Shown piece after piece: positions 17,457-21,848 of a stretch of DNA of 21,848 bases; the first letter of the stretch is position 1; each line of letters opens with the position of its first letter. The stretch is from Promethearchaeum sp. (GTDB taxonomy: Archaea; Asgardarchaeota; Lokiarchaeia; Sigyniarchaeales; Promethearchaeaceae). The position numbers and the translations under genes were made by a program. The notes under the pieces are model-generated. The model did no database searches. It saw only the letters and a program-made list of their open reading frames with translations, and was not told the origin of the DNA. The stretch is from the NCBI GenBank assembly GCA_030612265.1, contig JAUWOE010000037.1, forward strand, positions 1 to 21,848, given 5' to 3'.

Positions 17457-18281
17457 ATGTTTAGAAAAAAGAAGGGAAATGAAAAAGATATTAAAGATGA
17501 AAAAGATAGCAAAAAGGAAAAAAAATCAACAATCTATCGAATATTTTCAATTGTTTCCTATGTAATTTTTCTTGGAATTGGATTAGTTGTCGGTTATTTC
17601 ATAAAAATTCCAATTGAAATATCTTACTCTATTTTATTTATTTTTGGGATTTTGGCTGTGGCATTAAATTTAGATGAAAAGAAAATGCATTGGCTAAAAC
17701 AGATACCATTACTAAGGCATCACTTTTCTCTAATGCATAGAATTAATCAAAAAATAGGTGAATCTGCAAAAGCAGGAACTCTCAAAGAAGCTTTTAAATT
17801 TTTAATTGGGATGATCCTGTTAATCCTATACCTCTTTTTAATCAACGTTTTCATAATATTTATTCGATTGATCTTGTCCATAGGAATTCCAGAAATAGAT
17901 CCATTCAGATTTATTGAAGCGTTTGTGACTTTGATTGGAGCTGGAGTAACGGCTTATATTGTATGGCTTATGGCTTTTTATAGAGAAATGAAAAGATTAA
18001 AGGGGTTAGCATCTTCAAAAAAAATTATAAATAAGATGAAATCAGGATTCGGATTCGTAAATTTTCTCTTGAAGATTATTCCATTATCTTTAGCTTATTT
18101 AGTATGGATAACCGGAGAAATTTTATTCATGTTTGGGAGTGACTTAGTTGAAATTGCTCTAATTGTGTATGTTTTAGGAGGTGCATTTTATGGGGTAATA
18201 ATTATATGCATAATTTGCATTATATTACTTACTAAGGCATCCAAATTAACAGAAAAATCATCCGTGAATAATATATCTTAG
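17457..18281 (+). CDS. Multi-pass membrane protein, unknown function, 274 aa
   Basis: Intact ATG ORF with a charged N-terminus (KKKGNEKDIKDEKDSKKEKK) and six or so hydrophobic segments. Confidence 0.7.
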   Translation: MFRKKKGNEKDIKDEKDSKKEKKSTIYRIFSIVSYVIFLGIGLVVGYFIKIPIEISYSILFIFGILAVALNLDEKKMHWLKQIPLLRHHFSLMHRINQKIGESAKAGTLKEAFKFLIGMILLILYLFLINVFIIFIRLILSIGIPEIDPFRFIEAFVTLIGAGVTAYIVWLMAFYREMKRLKGLASSKKIINKMKSGFGFVNFLLKIIPLSLAYLVWITGEILFMFGSDLVEIALIVYVLGGAFYGVIIICIICIILLTKASKLTEKSSVNNIS

Positions 18282-18591
18282 GAAAAGCATTCTAACTGAT
18301 TAATTAATCCATTAATAATCCATTAGATAACAATTTATTTTATAAAGGACAACCCCGAAATTTAATTAATTAGAAAAATTTAAAAGAGATTTCTTTAATT
18401 AAAAAACTTTTTTCATAAATTTTAAATAAGATCTATTAAAGCCCATTGAATTTATAAAATATATTAATACCTAAGTCCTAGAGAATTAACTTTCCCATTA
18501 ACAATGCAATTTAAATATGATCTCGATAAAAATCAATAAGTGTGTGATTCACTTAAATTGGAGGATATTAAGTGGATAATTGTGGGTGTGA

Positions 18592-19887
18592 ATGTTAATG
18601 TTTGATATAGATAATTATTTTGAAAATTTTGTAAAAACAAATAAAATTTTCGAAGAACGAAATATATTACGCCCAGAATTTGTGCCTAAAATTCTTCCTC
18701 ATAGAGACAATCAAATTAGGAAGATCGCAGAAATAGTTGCGTGCACTCTAAAAAACTCAAAACCTTCAAATATTTTTATTTTTGGAAAAACTGGTACAGG
18801 AAAAACCGCAGTTGTAAATTATGTAAAGGGGCATCTAAATATTCAATGTAGAAATTCAGAATTACCTGAACCAAAATGGATATCGCTAAATTGTCAACAA
18901 GTAAACTCTTCATATAGAGTTCTAGCTCGAATATGTAATGAATTAGATCCTTACAACCCTGTACCGATAGCAGGGTGGCCTATAGATGTTGTTTTTGACA
19001 AACTGATTGAAAAATTAGATACTTATGTTCACGGAATTTGCTTTATAATATTAGATGAAATTGATATTCTAGTCAAAAAAATGAAAAAATCGCATGATAT
19101 TTTGTATAATTTAGCTAGAATTAATTCACGGCTTAAACAAGCAAAAGTTAATATAATTGGAATCTCTAATGTTTTAAATTTTAAAAATTCGTTAGATCCT
19201 AGAGTTTTAAGTAGTTTGGGGGAAGAGGAAATTGTTTTTCCCGCTTATAATGCCCAAGAATTAAAAGAAATATTGGATCAAAGAGCGAATTTTGCATTCC
19301 AAAGAGGTGCTTTAGCACATGATATCATCCCATTGTGTGCTGCATTAGCTGCAAAAGAACATGGAGATGCCAGAAAAGCTTTGGATCTACTTAGAAAGGC
19401 AGGAGAACTTGCTGAAAGACGGCAATCCCCGAGTATAACTTCAGATTTTGTTTATTTTGCCCAAAATGATATAGAAAAGGATAAAATGAAAGAATATTGT
19501 GAGAGTCTTCCCCTTCAAAGTAAAGCTATTTTATTAAGTATATATGCAATGCAAAAAAATCGAGCAGGGAATGCAATCATCACTGGAGATGTTTATAGTT
19601 GTTATTTAGAACTGCAAAAACAAATTCCGGGGTTAAACAAATTATCGCAACGCCGTGTCTCGGAAATTATCCGAGAGTTAGATTTATCAGGGATAGTCAA
19701 TGCTCAAATTAAATCCAATGGAAGATATGGTAGAACAAAATTCATAAATTTAAACATTCCACTTGAGGATTTGAATAAGTATTTATTAAATGAAAATCGT
19801 CTAAATGATCTATTTGATTACCGGCCAAAATGTATCGGATCTAACATCACTTGTTTTAAAGGGCAAAAATACGTAAAATTAGGTTAG
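18592..19887 (+). CDS. cdc6: Orc1/Cdc6-family replication initiator ATPase, 431 aa
   Basis: Walker A FGKTGTGKTAV, Walker B CFIILDEIDIL, sensor NIIGISNVLNF, a GDARKALDLLRKAGELAE sensor-2-like region, and a C-terminal winged helix. Confidence 0.94.
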   Translation: MLMFDIDNYFENFVKTNKIFEERNILRPEFVPKILPHRDNQIRKIAEIVACTLKNSKPSNIFIFGKTGTGKTAVVNYVKGHLNIQCRNSELPEPKWISLNCQQVNSSYRVLARICNELDPYNPVPIAGWPIDVVFDKLIEKLDTYVHGICFIILDEIDILVKKMKKSHDILYNLARINSRLKQAKVNIIGISNVLNFKNSLDPRVLSSLGEEEIVFPAYNAQELKEILDQRANFAFQRGALAHDIIPLCAALAAKEHGDARKALDLLRKAGELAERRQSPSITSDFVYFAQNDIEKDKMKEYCESLPLQSKAILLSIYAMQKNRAGNAIITGDVYSCYLELQKQIPGLNKLSQRRVSEIIRELDLSGIVNAQIKSNGRYGRTKFINLNIPLEDLNKYLLNENRLNDLFDYRPKCIGSNITCFKGQKYVKLG

Positions 19888-20567
19888 GAAAATACCCATT
19901 TCTCTCGATTCTCAACGAGATCTTCTAGAAATTTAAGTGTTTTTATTTCATCTGTATTATTTAATTTCATCAATAGGCGGCCCAAATGAACACAAAATTT
20001 TTTTTGATTTTTACGAAGGTTAATGTATTCTGGACAATCATGAGTGAGCTTACGAGCTTGGGATAGTATTTCAAAATTATAGATAATTTTCTGCCCATTT
20101 TCATCTTTATCCTCTATTTTACCCTTAATTTCTCCTGAAAAATCCAATTTTTCCATAATTAAAGCCTTACTTCTGATGATACTAGCCTTTTTTTTGGTTG
20201 AAGGTTCGATTAAATTATCCTCAAAGATCTCATATTTTGATTTCTCGTTAATTACGATCGGATTTCTCCAAGATTTACTTAAAACATGATGGATTTTCTT
20301 AATTTTTTCTTCTCCTTTATCTTGCCATTTCTCAAACTCAACTTTAAGTGAATTGCTCAAAGAAACTTCTTCTAATTTAGAATCTTCAACTAAAAATTTT
20401 AAATCCAAAGCCTCTTGGATTATTTTTTTTACTTCTTCCAAAGGTGCTAAAAATAACTCGAATGTTAAAAAATTATATAGTTCATCGATATTAATAGTCG
20501 GACTATCAATTATCTTCCAAATATATAGAATTCGTTGGCGTTCATCAGATGGGACACTGAAATTCAT
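19884..20567 (-). CDS. DUF2240-like archaeal protein with a SWIM-like C-terminal motif, 227 aa
   Basis: The N-terminal helical pattern NIDELYNFLTFELFLAPLEEVKKIIQEALDLKFLVEDS resembles the DUF2240 family, and the gene lies in the cdc6/PolD neighbourhood. The C-terminus has HDCPEYINLRKNQKKFCVHLGRLL. Family assignment is from memory and unverified. Confidence 0.6.
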   Translation of the reverse strand: MNFSVPSDERQRILYIWKIIDSPTINIDELYNFLTFELFLAPLEEVKKIIQEALDLKFLVEDSKLEEVSLSNSLKVEFEKWQDKGEEKIKKIHHVLSKSWRNPIVINEKSKYEIFEDNLIEPSTKKKASIIRSKALIMEKLDFSGEIKGKIEDKDENGQKIIYNFEILSQARKLTHDCPEYINLRKNQKKFCVHLGRLLMKLNNTDEIKTLKFLEDLVENREKWVFS

Positions 20568-20588
20568 TTTAAATCACTTATAAATCAC

Positions 20589-21848
20589 TTATAAATCACT
20601 AATTAAATTAATAACATGAGGAACTAATTTATCCTTAATATTAATGATCGTTGGTTTGCCATAGTCTGGAACGATACCCAAACTTTTCATAAATTCAGTT
20701 TGCGCTTGAAAACATCCAGAATTAACAAGTAATATGCCGTTGTACATGCCATAGCCATTTTTATGTAAATGCCCTGTATGTAAAATATCAGGAATTTCAT
20801 CAAGTACTAACCAATCTTTACTTACCGGTGCAAGTTCGGTTTTTTTTCCATAACTGGGAGCTAAATGTCGAGCACGAATCATCTCTTTCATTGAACTAAA
20901 AGGATCATCATTGGTTAGCCCTGGAATCATCATATTTATATCGATTAAGGAAGTTCCATGATATAATTTGGTTTTAATCCCATGTAAACTTACTAAACTT
21001 GGGCACCCAACCATCTCTATATCTAAATCATATAAACCTTTTGCTAAAGATCTAGGAATAGCTGGAGCTGGTACAGCTTTTCGCACACCATCATGATCTC
21101 CAGGGGAAATGATAATTTTTATATAATCGGGTATTTCTGAAAGGAATTTTGCTGAAGCTTCATATTGTTTATAGATATCGGTAATTAGTAGTCTTTTATC
21201 TTGATTAGGGAATACACCAATACCATCAACAATATCTCCAGTTATACATAAATACTTTATTTTTCCCGCTTGTTTAATTTGTTTATCATTACCTATTCTA
21301 CAATTGAGGTAATCAACAAACCTATACCATACTTTTTCAAGCCAATCCTTACTTCCAAAATGTGTGTCTGAAATTAAACACATTGCCAAATCTTCATCAG
21401 GAAAATTTATTTGATGCTCTTTCGGAGTGTCTGGAAAGATAATATCATTGATTAACACAATTTTTGAATTTGTGTTTTGATTTACATTTAAATATCCATC
21501 TACTATAACTACATGATCTGGGAGCAATTTTGGAATTAAATCATAACATTGTTTAGATTCTTGCCTTACAAGTGTCATGCAAGTCCCTGTAAGATCTTCA
21601 AATTCTATCAAATACTTTTTTTTAAAAGTTTGTTTCTTTTTCACAACCATACCAATGAATTTTACATTTACAGAGTTGTTTAATCTATTAATCATGTTAA
21701 TTTCAAGTAATCCTGTCGCTTCAGGTCTTTTTTTTAGAATTTTACTCAATTGGCTGAATTTATCTTTTTGAACGGTTAGAAATTCTTCAATTTTACCCTC
21801 AGTAAATAAAATTTTTGTTGGATCCTTCAAGATTTTAACTTCAGCGAT
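20589..21848 (-). CDS. polB: DNA polymerase D (Pol II) small subunit DP1, partial: the frame is open to the window edge
   Basis: Calcineurin-like phosphoesterase motifs ISDTHFGSKDW, CITGDIVDGIG, IISPGDHDGVRKAVPAPAIP, LYHGTS and LHTGHLHKNG, plus an OB-fold region (VKFIGMVVKKKQTFKKKYLIEFEDLTGTCMTLV). The track's start (TTG at 21830) is not a boundary: ATC GCT GAA GTT AAA ATC reads in-frame from the window edge. Confidence 0.93.
   Translation of the reverse strand: MAEVKILKDPTKILFTEGKIEEFLTVQKDKFSQLSKILKKRPEATGLLEINMINRLNNSVNVKFIGMVVKKKQTFKKKYLIEFEDLTGTCMTLVRQESKQCYDLIPKLLPDHVVIVDGYLNVNQNTNSKIVLINDIIFPDTPKEHQINFPDEDLAMCLISDTHFGSKDWLEKVWYRFVDYLNCRIGNDKQIKQAGKIKYLCITGDIVDGIGVFPNQDKRLLITDIYKQYEASAKFLSEIPDYIKIIISPGDHDGVRKAVPAPAIPRSLAKGLYDLDIEMVGCPSLVSLHGIKTKLYHGTSLIDINMMIPGLTNDDPFSSMKEMIRARHLAPSYGKKTELAPVSKDWLVLDEIPDILHTGHLHKNGYGMYNGILLVNSGCFQAQTEFMKSLGIVPDYGKPTIINIKDKLVPHVINLISDL

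Noticed and set aside
21828-21830. TTG at 21830 as the true start of PolD small subunit
   Set aside because: The frame stays open to the window edge (ATC GCT GAA GTT AAA ATC TTG), so the gene is truncated by the window, not initiated here.
1-21848. CRISPR array, insertion sequence or prophage
   Set aside because: No regularly spaced repeats, transposase or integrase motifs, or phage structural genes were seen on either strand.

Overview
Chromosomal window from an archaeon, most likely Asgard/Promethearchaeota. This is inferred from a PolD small subunit, Orc1/Cdc6, TFB, a Rab/Ras-like GTPase, a gelsolin-like domain and a tRNA with a non-canonical intron; no database was searched. Supported content, left to right: cold-shock-domain protein; a minus-strand overlapping cluster (membrane protein with a gelsolin-like domain, N6-adenine DNA methyltransferase-like protein, alpha/beta hydrolase); TFB; RtcB; M18 aminopeptidase; tRNA-Thr(CGT); two small membrane proteins; tRNA-Leu(GAG) with a probable 30-nt D-loop intron; APC permease; a hypothetical protein; a protein of six zinc-knuckle modules; a fusion of a GcvH/lipoyl-like domain to a small GTPase; two tandem SIS-domain proteins; a membrane protein; Orc1/Cdc6; a DUF2240/SWIM-like protein; and a truncated DNA PolD small subunit. 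The strongest candidate novelty is the GcvH-like domain fused to the GTPase, in which the lipoyl-lysine position is arginine. Next are the membrane gelsolin-like/methyltransferase gene overlap, the repeated zinc-knuckle protein and the D-loop intron in tRNA-Leu. No CRISPR array or transposon was recognised.
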